From the human T2T-CHM13v2.0 reference genome, Homo sapiens: a DNA stretch of 64,000 nt. The notes below the pieces were generated by a model. That model made no database searches. It had not been told where the DNA came from and saw nothing but the letters and a program-made list of their open reading frames with translations. Made by a program: the position numbers and the translations under genes. This document shows positions 25,439 to 39,560 of the stretch, piece after piece. Every line of letters starts with the position of its first letter. The first letter of the stretch is position 1. Location: the NCBI RefSeq assembly GCF_009914755.1, contig NC_060926.1, one strand, 5' to 3'.

Positions 25439-25993
25439 CAATGGTTTTTCACCAGTGCCCTAAGGAAGACGGGTTTTTTGCCTTTCCCTCAGCAGTGTAA
25501 GGCTGTTCCATAGTAGAGATAGGAGAGGAGGATCCAGGCAGGATTTCTTGCCTCTCCCACACTAGCTGCTGCTCCCCTCCCCAGCCCCGCACTCAGTGGG
25601 AGGCCTTCTCAGGACTCTGGCCAATCTTTTTAAAATTAGCATCAGGGGAGGTCCATGTAGAAGAGCCCTCAAGAGGTATGAATTCACCACCTGACTGATG
25701 CCTTGTGGGGTTCTGTATTCTCTTGCCTGCCCACATTCAACATTTAGCAATTTGCTAAACATTTTTAACTCAGTTCTTTTTACTAGTGTCCAGCATCATC
25801 TGTCCCAGGTAAGCAAGTCCAACCTTGGAGATGCCTTTCCTTCCTTAGATTTCAGGCTAGTTAGTTATACTGAGATATCAGCTCTCTGATGGGTTAAAGA
25901 AAATCATGAATTAGCGATTGTGTTGTGTTTTTTGTTCTTGTTGTCACCAGGGTAAGATCTCTGCTCTTTCTACTAGAAGAAAAGTTAGATACT
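25439..25993 (-). repeat. Inverted repeat, arm B (has ~70-80 bp extra at ~25488-25566)
   Basis: Reverse complement of 21281-21769; core 25567-25856. Confidence 0.97.
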
Positions 25994-26014
25994 TTTATAG
26001 CTGTCTTAAGGAAG

Positions 26015-26215
26015 TTCACCTTTCCATTTGAAACGCCAAGGACCCCTGGTGCCACTTTTTAAATCTTTTTATTAGAGTTTTATTATTTTTTGATAACATA
26101 TCTATATGCTGTTTCCTCACTAGATTGTGGACTTTAAAAGTCATGAAACTGATTCATTCTTTTTTTTTGTCTTCAGCACCCAGCACAGTACCTGGCATAG
26201 AGTAGGTGCCCAGTG
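26015..26215 (+). mobile_element. L2 3' end
   Basis: 'cctcactagattgtg..cagcacccagcacagtacctggcatagagtaggtgc'. Confidence 0.7.
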
Positions 26216-26429
26216 TTTTAGACACAGAGGTTTGCATTTTAATCTCAGTAAGGGCATTTTTACTTTCTTATTGTTCTCAGTAGGTAGGAACAACCTGGCA
26301 GCAGATTCTGTCTGTGCTCTGTCCACATCCTGTGGCACTTGAAATGACCTGACAACTTTCTACTGCAATATTCTAGAATTTTTAGCCAGAAGACTTCTCT
26401 GCCACCTACCTGTGTTGGGGCAGGTAAGA

Positions 26430-26698
26430 AGTGCCAGTGGGTTATCCCTGCAGGAGCAACCCTCAGTCAGTAGCTCAGCATCTTCACCCCTTAGTTGGGA
26501 TATCTTTGAGGTGTGTTCTTTGTAGTCTGGCAGAAGTGCCCAGTGGAAGTAAGACCCATTTGTTCACTGTGAAAACTGACTCAGTGCACCCCTTATGGAC
26601 TTCCCTGCCCTATCTCCCATATCCACCTACCAGATAAACTACATGCACTGAAGTTCTTGTCTTGGGGTCTGATTCTGGAAGAATCACAACCCAATACA
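26430..26698 (+). mobile_element. LTR16-family (ERVL) LTR fragment
   Basis: 'ggagcaaccctcag', 3' end 'ataaactacatgcact..cttgtcttggggtctg.ttctgg..aacccaataca'. Confidence 0.65.
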
Positions 26699-27152
26699 GA
26701 CTGTTATGATTCACATAAATTTTCAGATATTTAGAATAGTTTTCTCTAATAGGGACAGTCCACAAAATCAAGGAGCCTTTTGAGGGCAATTATAGCTTTC
26801 ATCAGATTTTCAAATAGTTCTTGTCTCTCCCTTCCTCTCATAGAATTCGTTTTCATTGCAATAAAGACAAAGAAACATCCTTATCTTTTTAACTTAGAAT
26901 ATTAAAGCAGCTATTTTCCTTTCAGAGGACCAGTACACTGAATCTTTTTAGATGCAATCAGGAAATCATTGGGGTGTGTTGTAGGTACACATGCGATTGT
27001 ATCTTAGTAACTGAATTTCAAAAATAGGATTTTACTTTTATATTCATGTTATTGGTTTTCATCCACATGTACAGCGAAAAATGTGCTGGGATGTCATATG
27101 ATTCCTTTCCTGCACTTTTGAATTGGGGGCTCATCCTCTGATGATTTTTAAG

Positions 27153-27449
27153 TTTTATTTTATTTTTTTAGAGACCAGTCTCACTCTTGCCGAGCCCGGA
27201 GTGCAGTGGTGTGAGTATAGCTCACTGCAACCTTGACCTCCTGGGTTCAAGTGATCATCTCGTCTCAGCCTCCCAAGTAGCTGGGACTACAGGCATACAC
27301 CACCCTGCCTGGCTAATTTTTTATTTTTTTTTAGAGACAGAATTTGGCTGTGTTGCCAAGGTTAGTCTTGAACTTCTGACCTCAAGTGATCCTCCCACCT
27401 CTGCCTCCCAAAGTGTTGAGATTATAGGTGTGAGCCACTGTACTCAGCC
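27153..27449 (-). mobile_element. AluJ
   Basis: Diverged antisense dimer. Confidence 0.9.
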
Positions 27450-28519
27450 CCTGAAGATTTTATTTGAAATAAAATAGTCTCAGATTAGAGACCTGCTGTT
27501 TCAAGTTTAGGCGATCTCACTTTTAAAATAGTTTTTTTTTTTTCTGATTGTAAATGAAATCCATGCATTTGCAGAAAACTCTTTGAATACAGAGCAGCAC
27601 AAAAGAAGAAAGTAAAACCCGAGTATAGTTTAGCTGCATTCACAGGTGACCACTGATGTCATTTTGTTTTATATGCTTCCAGGAGGTTTTTATTTTCTAA
27701 GCCTCTGCATGTACATATCTAAAAGAATTGGAATTAATAATCATCATATTCTTACTCTATTAAATGCTCTTCTAACACAAATATTTAAAACATTTACAAA
27801 GAATTATATTCTTTGTTCTGTGAACACCTGTATAATAGAATTCTTTGTAAATGTTAATTCATCCCTTAAAATTGGACAATTTTTTTTTTGCTTTTATAAA
27901 TAATGAAATTCCACTTCTAGTTTATGACTGCCTTGAAGTTAAGCCACAGATATGACCACATTTATTTGAAGATGACACTGAGGTTAGTGCTTGTAGAATC
28001 GCAAGCTTTTAGACCAAGGAAAGATGTTAGAGATCACCATATGCAGTTCTTTCCTTTTACAGGGGAAGAGCCTGAGATCTGGAGACATGGTCCCTGAGGT
28101 CAACATGCATACCTGTATCAGAAGGCCTGGGCTAGGTACCTTGTTTCCCATCAGCTTATCTAGCCGGAAATATCAGACTTTGCTTCTCCTCTCCCCTACT
28201 AATTGAAAAAACAGGAAATGATCTAGCCAACTCAGCTGGAGGTGTGCTTTTGACAAATAAGAAATTAGAAGGAAACCATGCCAAAATGAATGAACTACTT
28301 AACTGAAGCAAAAGTATCAGCTCCTGTACCGTTGAGTTAGTAATTATGGCCTGATACCTCAGGAAGTCAAGCATCAGGGGATAGACCCCGTAAAGAAGAA
28401 AGAAGTATCAGTCTTAAAGTAAGGTTTCCTGAAATTCTGCTGTCATATTGATCAACTGGGATTAGGCTGAAGTCCAATTTCCTGGCAACAATATCCTGGT
28501 TTAAAAAATGGTTAAATTG

Positions 28520-28684
28520 GGGCATGATGGCACATGCCTGTAATCAACGCTACTTGGGAGGCTGAGGCAGGAATATTACTTGAACTCAGGAGATCGAGGC
28601 TGCAGTACACTGTGATCCTACCTGTGAATAGCTACTGCACTGCAGCCTGAGTAACATAGCAAGACACTCATCTCTCAAAAAAAA
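28520..28684 (+). mobile_element. FAM (fossil Alu monomer)
   Basis: Monomer that retains the 7SL-derived 'cctgtgaatagc.actgcact.cagcctg'. Confidence 0.8.
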
Positions 28685-30008
28685 CCAAAAGTCCAAAGCC
28701 TCATGCTAACTGAGCTATAGACCAGCTTCTGAGGTATGCCAATAAATAAATTGATGACTGTACTAATGTTTCATATATATAACTGATAAGCCAGGGACAA
28801 GGTTTATTCCCTCAGTTCTTATGTTCTAAGAGAAATTTCTAGTTCTGGCTAAAAAATGTTTTCAGTGTCCTAAAATAGACTGGCAAAGGTTAGAGATCTT
28901 AAATTTGCAGTTTTGTTTTGAAAGGGTGTGGTTTGAAGCTTAATGTTAACCTCATGTTAGCTATAAGATGTAAGGCTGTTGAATAGGAGCTTATAGCTTT
29001 ATCCCAGATTTTAAAGACATTATTATTTAGATTTTTTTTTTGATTAGGGAAGCATTCAGAAAAATTACTTCTGAACCTTAAAAGTAATTGTATTAAGTTG
29101 TATGTTTTGTTTCTCCCATTCAGTGAGTTAGAATGTTGTAAAATGGGGTTTTCACAAGCAGATGACGTGCTGTGGTTTTGATTTTCATAGTAAATCCTTT
29201 AGACTATGCCGATAGTAGTGTTTTTTACATTCTTGTGTTTAAAGACATTAACATGTTTTAGAAGAGTCGTACTAAGTGCTGTCCTAATCAAGATAAATGG
29301 AATCATCAGCAAGCCTGTAGTCTGCCCACCGCTCTCTGCCTTGGCAATAGCTCATCGTTTTTTGTTAAGTAGTTTTCTAAATATTTGGATAGATCGCCTA
29401 AGTTATCAGTGATGGCTTAAACCTTAATTCATTGTGATAAAGCACAAGCAAAATGTGAATTATCCACATAGTATTTTGGTAACTGTTAAAAAACATAATT
29501 TGAACTTTTATTGTAAATGAAACTGATGAACACTAATGATAATTAAACTTTTTGCTTAGGGTTTGTATGGCACATTTTAAATATGGGACAGTACAGAGAA
29601 TAATGTATGGAGTGCCCATGAAACTATTATTCATATTTTTAAAATCTTGTTTGCCAAGTTTGCTTAAGGATTCTGAAGTTGGTGTTTATCCTCTTCATTA
29701 TGTTTTTATTTTTACTACATATCTGTATCTCCATAAACATGGGCTTTTAGATGTGGAAAATCTTTGTTACAGTTATGATTTCCTGTCACATTTTCCCCAG
29801 TATTGGAATTAGTAAATCCCACCCACTAAGTACTTCCATGGAGAGACTTGTTTCTATTCCTTTCTAGGCTAGGCTGCCAAGCCAGCATTCTCGAGGAGGT
29901 TTCTATTCTTTTTATTTTTCCATTAGTAGGAGTTACCTAAGTAGTATTGTTTTTTAAACCTTTTTAATTCTCAAACAATTTAGATATTAAACATTAGCTA
30001 ACTTTTAA

Positions 30009-30372
<364 letters not shown>

Positions 30373-31039
30373 TAACATTTTTTAATTTTATTTTTCCTTA
30401 ATATAGTCTTATTAAGCTTCTATAGGCAGACTGTCACTTTTGTACTTAAAATGAGAATCATGGTGATGTCTTTATCAATTTGGAAAGGAGTTCAACTAAT
30501 AGCAACTGTATTAAGGAAAAAAAAGCTTTATATTCTGTCATTGATGGCAGGTGAATAAAAAGCATTAATAACTCTTGATTTATTCTTTAGTCTCTGGTTT
30601 ACTGTATGACCCAGACAAGCAATCCTTTTTCCAAGTCATGACATGGAAATGTGTATCTAAAGCATTTATGATTCCTCTGTTTACTTGACTTAATATTGAA
30701 ATCTAGGGCTTGCCCATAAACTGGTTCCACAGTTTTGCTTCTGCCCTAGCTACAACCGGGGCTGCTCATGTGGCTTAAATGTTTGTATCCTTCGTCAGCT
30801 GAGGAGGATATCAGAAAGGGGAGATTCATCTTCTTAGACGTTGATTCTGAACTGCTACTGCTTTACAAAGAGCACCAAATTGCAGATCTGTCCCATATCC
30901 CTAGGTCAGGAGTACACGCCTGTGTTTTTCTACCCATAAGTCAGTGCCAACTCACAGGTTTTAAAGATTTCTGTTAAATAGTTCCTTTTGTCTTAATTTT
31001 AAGTATCTAGCAACTCAAAATTTGCCTCCTATATGGAAT

Positions 31040-31409
<370 letters not shown>

Positions 31410-31499
31410 TAAAATGGCCAGCATTTCTTTAAGAGGAATAAAAACCACACCCGAGATATTTAATGAAAAATTATATAAATAAGAAATTAATAGAATTTT

Positions 31500-32550
31500 A
31501 AAACTAAGAATTGAAGTGCATATTACAATTGAGATGTATTCTCATACCATAAATTCACTCCTATAAAGGATACAGTTCAGTGATTTTTAGTACATTCACA
31601 AAGTTGGACAATCACCATCCCTATCTAATTCCAGAACATTTTTATCACACCAAAAATAAACCCCATACTCATTAAGCAGTCATTTACCATTTCTCTCTCC
31701 CCTCAGCACCTGGGAACCACTAATCTTTCTGTCTTTATGGATTCGCCTCTTCTGGACATTTCATGATTTCATGTAAATAGAATCATGTAGTACATGTCCT
31801 TTTGTGTCTCACTTTTTTTACTTAGCATGTTTTCAAGATTCATCTATGTTGTAGCATAAATCAGTGTTTCTTTTTAAATTAATTTCTTTTTAAAAGTGAT
31901 ATTATACTTTTTGTTTTTAAATATTGAAATGAGGTCTCACTATGTTGCCTAGTCTGGTCTCGAACTCCTGAGCTCAAGCAATCCTCCCACCTCAGCCTTC
32001 CAAAGTGCTGTGATTACAGGTGTGAGCCACCACACCTGGCCTCATTTCTTTTTATGTGTGAATAATATTCCATCACATGGTTATACCACATTTGTTTATC
32101 CATTCATCAGCTATGGGCATTTGGATTGTTTCCATGTTTTTGGCTGTTATGAATCATGATACTATAAACATTTGTGTACATTTTTGTGTGAACATATGTT
32201 TTTAGTTCTTCTAGGTATATACCTAGGAGAGGAGTTGCTGGGTCATATGGAAGCTCTATGTTTAACTTTTTGAGAAACTCCCAAACTGTTTCCAAAGCAG
32301 CTGCACAGTTTTTACTTTCCCACTAGCAGAGTATGAGGGTTCCACTCCTCCACATTCTCACCAACGCATGTTATTGTCTGTCTTCAATTATAGCTTTCCT
32401 AGTGGGTGTTAAGTGATACCTCATAGTAGTTTTGATTTACATTTCCCTAATGACTAGATACATTTGAGTATCTTTTCATGTGCTTCTTGACCATTTGTAT
32501 GTCTTCTTTGGAGAAATATTTATTTAAATCCTTTGCCCTTTTTAAAATTG
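31500..32550 (-). mobile_element. L1MB-type 3' fragment with an internal FLAM (~31905-32041)
   Basis: Minus ORF 32107-32295 'VWEFLKKLNIELPYDPATPLLGIYLEELKT' is the L1 ORF2 C-terminus; L1MB 3'UTR motifs. Confidence 0.88.
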
Positions 32551-32871
32551 ACGTATTTCAAGTGCTATTATAAGTACTATGATTACTTTTAGGGAGAGAA
32601 TTTTGTAGAATTGACTGATAATATATAAGTAAAATGTACGTGGAGAGTTGACTGCCACATAAGACATAAAAATAAGCAAAACTGGTTTATACAGGTGAAC
32701 AGTATTCACCTACTTGTATTATTGAAATGGTGCCAAATTATTTTATAACTTTAGTGTCTGATTTTAAAAACTGTTGTAATGTTAGTGATATTTTACTGTA
32801 TTCTACTTGGAATAATGTTGGTAAAGTTTATAGAGTTTTCAGTTGTGATCGCTCATGCCATAATTACGTAC

Positions 32872-33067
32872 CTGTGCTGTCTAAAATATATCCACTAGTC
32901 ACATGTAGCTATTTACATTTAAATTAATTAAAATAAAGAGTTCAGTTACTTGGTCATACTGGCCACATTTCAAGTGTTCAGTAGCCACGTATAGCTAGTG
33001 CCTACTATGCAGGACACTGCAAATATACATTTCCACATCATCACAGGAAGTTCAGTCAAGTAGTGCT
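32872..33067. mobile_element. MER3 (hAT-Charlie non-autonomous DNA element)
   Basis: 'ctgtgctgtc..ccactagtcacatgtagctattta..ccacatttcaagtg.tca.tagccac..gctagtg.ctact'. Confidence 0.8.
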
Positions 33068-33133
33068 AAGCTAGATGTGCTATATCCTGAAATTCTCTCT
33101 TTACCTTCTTCCTCCCTGCCTCCATTCTTTCCC

Positions 33134-33264
33134 TTCCTTCCTTCCTTTCCAAGACATGGTCTTGCTATGTTGCCCAGGCTGGACTCAAACTCCTGGACCC
33201 AAGTGATCCTCCTGCTTCAGCCTCCATTGTAGTTGGAATTATAGGCACATACCACCGCACCTGG
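33134..33264 (-). mobile_element. FLAM monomer with a (TTCC)n-derived tail
   Basis: Single antisense Alu-like monomer. Confidence 0.8.
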
Positions 33265-33372
33265 TTTATTATGAAGTTTCTTACTCTAAGGAAAATGTCA
33301 GTGAAAGTTTTATTTCATTTATGTTTTAACCCACGTTATCTTAAAACCTTACCATTTGAAATTGAACATATA

Positions 33373-33659
33373 GGCCAAGTACGGTGGTCATGCCTATAAT
33401 CCCAGCACTTTTGGAGGCCAAGGTGGGAGAATCGCTTGAACCCAGGAATTTAACACCAGTCTGGGCAACACAGGGAGACCCTATCTCTACAAAAAATAAG
33501 AAAATTAACTGGGTGTGGTGGCTTTTGCCTGTAGTTCCAGCTATGCAGGAGGCTGAGGTGGTAGGATTGCTTGGGCCTGGGAGGTTGAGGCTGCAGTGAG
33601 TCATGATCATGCCACTTCTCTCCAGAAAGAGCAAGACCTTGCTTCAAAAAAAAAAAAAG
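33373..33659 (+). mobile_element. AluJ
   Basis: Diverged dimer with A-tail. Confidence 0.9.
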
Positions 33660-34842
33660 AGGGGGGAAGGGAGGAAGGAATTTAGAGAACATGCAGGTCA
33701 TTGCACAGAATGGAAGTATACCTGTATGTATTATTAAAGTTTGTGATACAGTGTTTGTTAGCCTACACACAGGCCAATTGGTTATTTTTTAAGTAGCTTT
33801 TATCCATCCAGTGTGGAAATACTGAATATTTATGGCTAGGTCCTGAAATTTAGACCTCAAGAGTAGTCATTGGTTCATCTCTAAGTCATGAGCAGTTAGC
33901 TGTCTGTTCATTAGTGTGTCCTTAAAAAAATCAGTGTTTTGAGTTGGGGAAGTTGTATCTTTTAGAAAATTGAGATAAGGATTAGGAAGCTGTGATTGGT
34001 TTTCTTTTTCTTTTTTGTTTATCCATTTCTCATGGTGGAATTTTTTTCCTCAATTATTTGTTCTATTCATTGTTAATGCATTTTATTCAAAGACTCCCCA
34101 ATTTCTAATGCTTTTCTGGGAATGTTTGATCTTTCTGTAATTTTTCTTTTCTGTGTATAAACAGATTGCTCTTCATTGCTATGTGTTTTTTTTTTTTATC
34201 ATTTTGTCTTCTCATTCTCTGCTTTTATTATTGAGGTTTGGATCTCCAACTTGCTGTTTCTAAACTTTGATGATCTTATATAAGTTTCATGAGTCATGAA
34301 TTGACAGCTGGTCATTAATTAACTCTAGCTACATATTAATGATAAAATATGTAATACAGCATCATAGAGACCATCAGTGTGGCAGGTTGGAAAGCAGGTA
34401 GCTTTTTGTGTATTAAATGGTGTTTGGGGGGATCTACTATCTGGAAAAGTCATTGTAGTGATTTTTTTTTAATGCCATTTTGAAACTTTTTAAAGCCCCT
34501 AACATTAAGAAAAATACTAAGGGACATAATTTTCACTAAAGTTTACTCTTGAATTTATTATTAACATCTTATTAGAACCAATTGAATTTGGAATTATGTT
34601 CTGCTTAAGGAAATGTGTAGATAAAATTAGGAGATTAACAGATAATTAACAAATAATTTGAAAGGTATTGTTTTTCATCATCGTTCTACCAAAGTATTGT
34701 TAAAACTGCCAGCAGAAACCACGGTCAGCTGAGTTGATTTTCCTTTTTTCATCTATTGCCAGCCTGACTAATGAATTTCTTTGTGTGTGTGTATACATTA
34801 AAAGTGAGCATAACAAGAACGTGCACAGTTGCACATTTTTTC

Positions 34843-35161
<319 letters not shown>

Positions 35162-36019
35162 TGCACATTTTTTCAAAGCCTCTTGAATCCGTGCTAACTC
35201 AGCGTCATTTCCACTTGTCCTTGAGAACTGAAGCATTGAGGCTCTGCTGTTGCAAGTGTCCGTTGCTGTCCTGATTTGGTGAATGTGTTAGAGATGTTTA
35301 TGGTTCCAGGTTATATGCATGTTGTTGTCTATTCTTAGGAAGTATTTCTCCTTTGTTTGCATACTCTGAACTTTTAATAACTAAAATGCCTGGTTCCTGT
35401 TGAATATACACGTAGATGACTTTCTCAAAGAGGGCCTTACCTAAGAGGCCTCTGGCATATTTTCTGTGATAAAGATGATGACAATCAGCCTTTATACCAA
35501 GTGGCATTTTATAGAGTTGCAGTAAGTGGATTATCTTCGCTTATAAATGGGTTGTTAGCCATGAAACTATTCTTTTAAGATGTGGTAACACAGTGTGGTA
35601 AATAGAAGATTGCATGGTTCTGTAAATGCTGAAAACTGCTCATAAGTGGGGTGCAAGCACAGCCCCATATGGACTTGTTAGAAGGGAGTACTTCCAGTAG
35701 GAAAAGCTTTGCAGGTGACAATCAGAATAAATGGTACAGGATTTTGTTACTGTAAGCCATCCAACCTAGTATACTCATATCTCACCTCAGTATACCTCAC
35801 TCAGTTCTCCCCAAGTGCCAGATCTTTAAAAAGAAAAAGAAAACCATTTGATGAGGTCACTTTCCTACCTGAATGACTTAACTGTTGCTCTGTGATAGAC
35901 TGAAAGCCTCACCGTGGTCTACAAGGCCTTTTGTGGCCCACCCTTCTCTATAATTAGAATGTCCCAAGTGACAGCCTGGCCTGTATACAAGGCCAGATTT
36001 GCAGCTACTCTTAAAACAA

Positions 36020-36230
36020 TAGTCATTGTTTATTAAGCACTTACTGTATGGCAGGCACTATTCCACACATTTTATGTGAATTAACTGGTTTAATCACAAC
36101 AACTCTATAAGCCAATTATTATTAGCCCTGTTTTACAGACGAAAACACGGAAACACGTAACAGTTAAGTCATTCAGAAGTACGTAGGAAATGGCAGTGCT
36201 GGAATCTCATCCAACCCACTTAACCCTAGA
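36020..36230 (-). mobile_element. MIR SINE
   Basis: 'tttattaagcacttact..ggcaggcact..tttaatcacaacaactct..ttttacaga.gaaaacac'. Confidence 0.75.
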
Positions 36231-36269
36231 CCCACGTTACTATCTGAGATGAGATTGGCTCTCCATGTA

Positions 36270-36420
36270 ACCTATAACACCACTGTTCATAATTTCATAT
36301 TTGTCGAATTATTTGAAGCCTCCCCAAGACTCTAAGCTGCATGAACCGTGCATGTTTAGAGCCCATTACAAGCACCTGAAGTGTACTGGGTGGTCAGTGT
36401 GTATTTGTTGAATGAATGAA
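36270..36420 (+). mobile_element. L2 3' end
   Basis: 'agactctaagctgcatga..tatttgttgaatgaatgaa'. Confidence 0.6.
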
Positions 36421-38577
36421 AATGATTTGATGTGATGAATCACTGAGCTTAAACATGAGAATAGGGTCTCTTTTATAAACAAAACATTTAACGCTTTAGT
36501 TCATTGTCATTTGTAAAATGGGAGAATGATACTGAAATTTCTGTATGCCTACTGGATTCTAATACAAAAAAAAGTGTAACTTCATAATGGCTGAAGATTT
36601 GTTTTTGTTTTGTTTTTATCTCAAGTATAAGAATAGACATTAATTAGTTTATGTTCAGTAACACCCATCCTTAATGTCAATAATTAAAATACATTGGCAT
36701 ATGTAATCTAATTAAGGTTATGTTTACAGTAAATTGTTATTTTGTTGAAAACCTTTTAAATAGCAGTTGTTACCAAACAAAAATACACATTCTAATTTTG
36801 GCCACATTAAATTTTTTTTATTTCTAATTAAATCTATGTAATTATTAATAGTGGAGTTCAAAGTAAAAGAATTACAAAAATGAAATTTGATAAGGAAAAT
36901 TGGAATTTATAACATTAAATTTGTAATCATAGCATTATTATTTTGAAGATACTTGGCAGCTCAACTTTTTTAAATTCTTACTTTTATGATAGGCTATAAT
37001 TAAACTAGTTGTTTCCTATGTGAATATATGTGGATATGATATAAGGAGAAAATTGTATTATATTGTATGAGGTATAGAGACAATATTAATTGTATCTTGC
37101 AAAGTAGAATTGTTTTCCTTTGAGATTGTTACTAGAGTAATAAATCATGTTGAAGTGAAGAAATTTACACAGCATATGACTGAATATTTTCCACTGTATC
37201 AAATTTAATGGGTTTTGGGAAAACGTATAGTTTGGTAGCAGTATAGAACTGAGTTTTTGGTAAAACTGAGTATTTAAAGGACGAAACTTTGAAGGACTTT
37301 GAGACCCATAAGACCTACAGATATTATTCAGCTTTCTGAGCAGTATTCTAGTTTACTAAGAATGTGGAAGGTAATGTGTGGTGGTGAGGCAAGGGGTGTT
37401 GAGAACACAGTGACCTACATTCCAAATACAACTCTTCTAAACTATAAGGCAGAGAATAGACTAAGTAAGGCATAATAAGTTAGGACCTGCCACATGGCAA
37501 ACTGATTTTGGGAAGCAGTCTAGAAAGATGCTTGAAAAATGTACTGATGTGTAATGCCAGCAGCAGGCCATTGTCATGGTATGGAATAATGGTGACTGAA
37601 AGTCATTCTCCCTTGCTTGGGATGATCTGTCTTAAGCATGAGCAGCTTGAGGCTGAATTGTAGACAATAAAACGTGAGTCCAATGACAGTCTTTGTAGGT
37701 TGAGTAAGAGTATTTGTGTACTAGCCATTTTAGTTGTAATGCATTCACAGAATGATTACAGTCAGAATTACAGTAACATTTTAAATACAAAGGAGACTAT
37801 CTTCCATGTCAGCTTCATAGTTCTGTACCTATTCCCAGCCCTGTGATATATTCCATATGAAACGTTACATCAGCATCCTTATATAAAGCATACCTATAAA
37901 CTGGGGTGGGACAGAGAAGTAGTGGCCAGAGAATGGAGTTTGTCACGCTATGATTCAGCCCGTGGGAGTGATTTTCACACTGCCTGTCAGCTTCGTGCGA
38001 TAGTTAAAAACAATTTGCAAGTGACATAGTAGAGCCTTAAGGCCATAAATAGGAATTTTTAACTGGCACAAAGCCTTTTTTTAAAAAAAAGCACATTTGT
38101 ATAAACCAGTGTTTCTATATAGTTTCTCATTTACTGGTTGTCTTCACCATAATCTTTGGAAGTGCATAATCTTATAATCATTATGTGTGTTTTACACATG
38201 AGAAAACAGTAAAAGAAATCCATGATTTGCCCTAGGATCCTGCAACTTGTGAGTAATTCAGTCAGAATCCAAACTTTAATTTTCTGATGTATAAAGAAAA
38301 GGCCTCTGGTTGGATCATACTGTTGCTATGAGTTAATATGGGAGGTGTCATATGCATAAAGTACCCATGAGTTTAAAGTTTTGGTTTGTTCAAGTAAAAT
38401 GTTTATATAATTATTCAAGTTAAATTTAAATAAACACATGCTGAAAGAACTTGAAGGTAAAAATAGTTTCTGCAAATACTATTCCACACTTTTTCTTTAT
38501 ACCACTTTGAATGCTGAGTAAGGACATTGTACTGGACCATTGCCCAGCATAGTTCTGGCTTATAGAGACTTGATGGT

Positions 38578-38656
38578 GAAAGAAAGACTGAGAGAGAGAG
38601 AGAGAGAGAAGAGAGAGAAGGGGGAGGGAGGGAGGAAGGAAGGGAGGAAGGAAAAA
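38578..38656. repeat. (GA)n / polypurine tract
   Basis: Read directly from the sequence. Confidence 0.9.
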
Positions 38657-39412
38657 GATTTGACAAGGGAATGTGTTTTTTAAGAGAAGCTCTTTGGGGA
38701 ATAAATATAGTCTTGAAATACACCATGTAAAATAAGTTTAGTAGAAAACTATGGAGATATGCCTAAATCATAAATGAAAATATTGATTCGTTTCTTCAGT
38801 TGTGGAATTATTCATTTCTGATTTCTTTGCACAGGATCAAGCTATATTCTAGGTAGACCCTTTATGTTTTTCAATCTGTTCCACCTATATCCACAAATTT
38901 ATTACTGCCACCTACTAAATTATTTATAACCATTGTATGATCTGATTTTTGTATACATGTGTTGCTAAGTAAGTTTCACATTGTCATGAAACCAAATTAT
39001 AAAAAAAATTGGAGGCAAGGGGTGAAAGATCTAGGTAGTGTATGAAAGTTTAACAAGTATTTGTTGAGCCTACTATGTGCTGGGGCATCCTCTTTAACAC
39101 TTCCTAGGCGCCATACCCTGACTAAAGTTCCTTCAGCTTCTCATCAACACTTTTCCGCATTTCCTTCTGAGATGACTCTTCATCTGTTTTTATTCTGACT
39201 GTTGAAGCTTTTCCAGAAATGGTGCCTTGCTAAATTCCCATATATACCATGTGCTCTTTTTTTATGTTTATTATGCCCCTTGTATTGTCCCACTACCTCT
39301 AAATAATGTGGGGAAGCAGTCACAGAGAAGAGAGATCATTGCCAACCCTGTTTTGATTCTGTTTGACACTCACTGTCTCACTTACATGCAGATATCCTTT
39401 CACCAGTAGGTT

Positions 39413-39560
39413 TATGGTAGGCAGCTTTAAGATAGCCTCCAGTGATCCCACCTCCTGGAATCCATGCCTTAGTGTAATCTCTGTCCCTTGAGCATGCCTG
39501 AATTTATTATTCATTTCTAATGAATAGACTATTTATTTGGGTGATTGTATATCACTTCCA
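39413..39560 (+). mobile_element. MLT1 (MaLR) LTR 5' fragment
   Basis: 'tggtaggcagc..taagatagcctccagtgatcccacctcctgg..tccatgcc..gtgtaatc..cccttgagc'. Confidence 0.65.
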
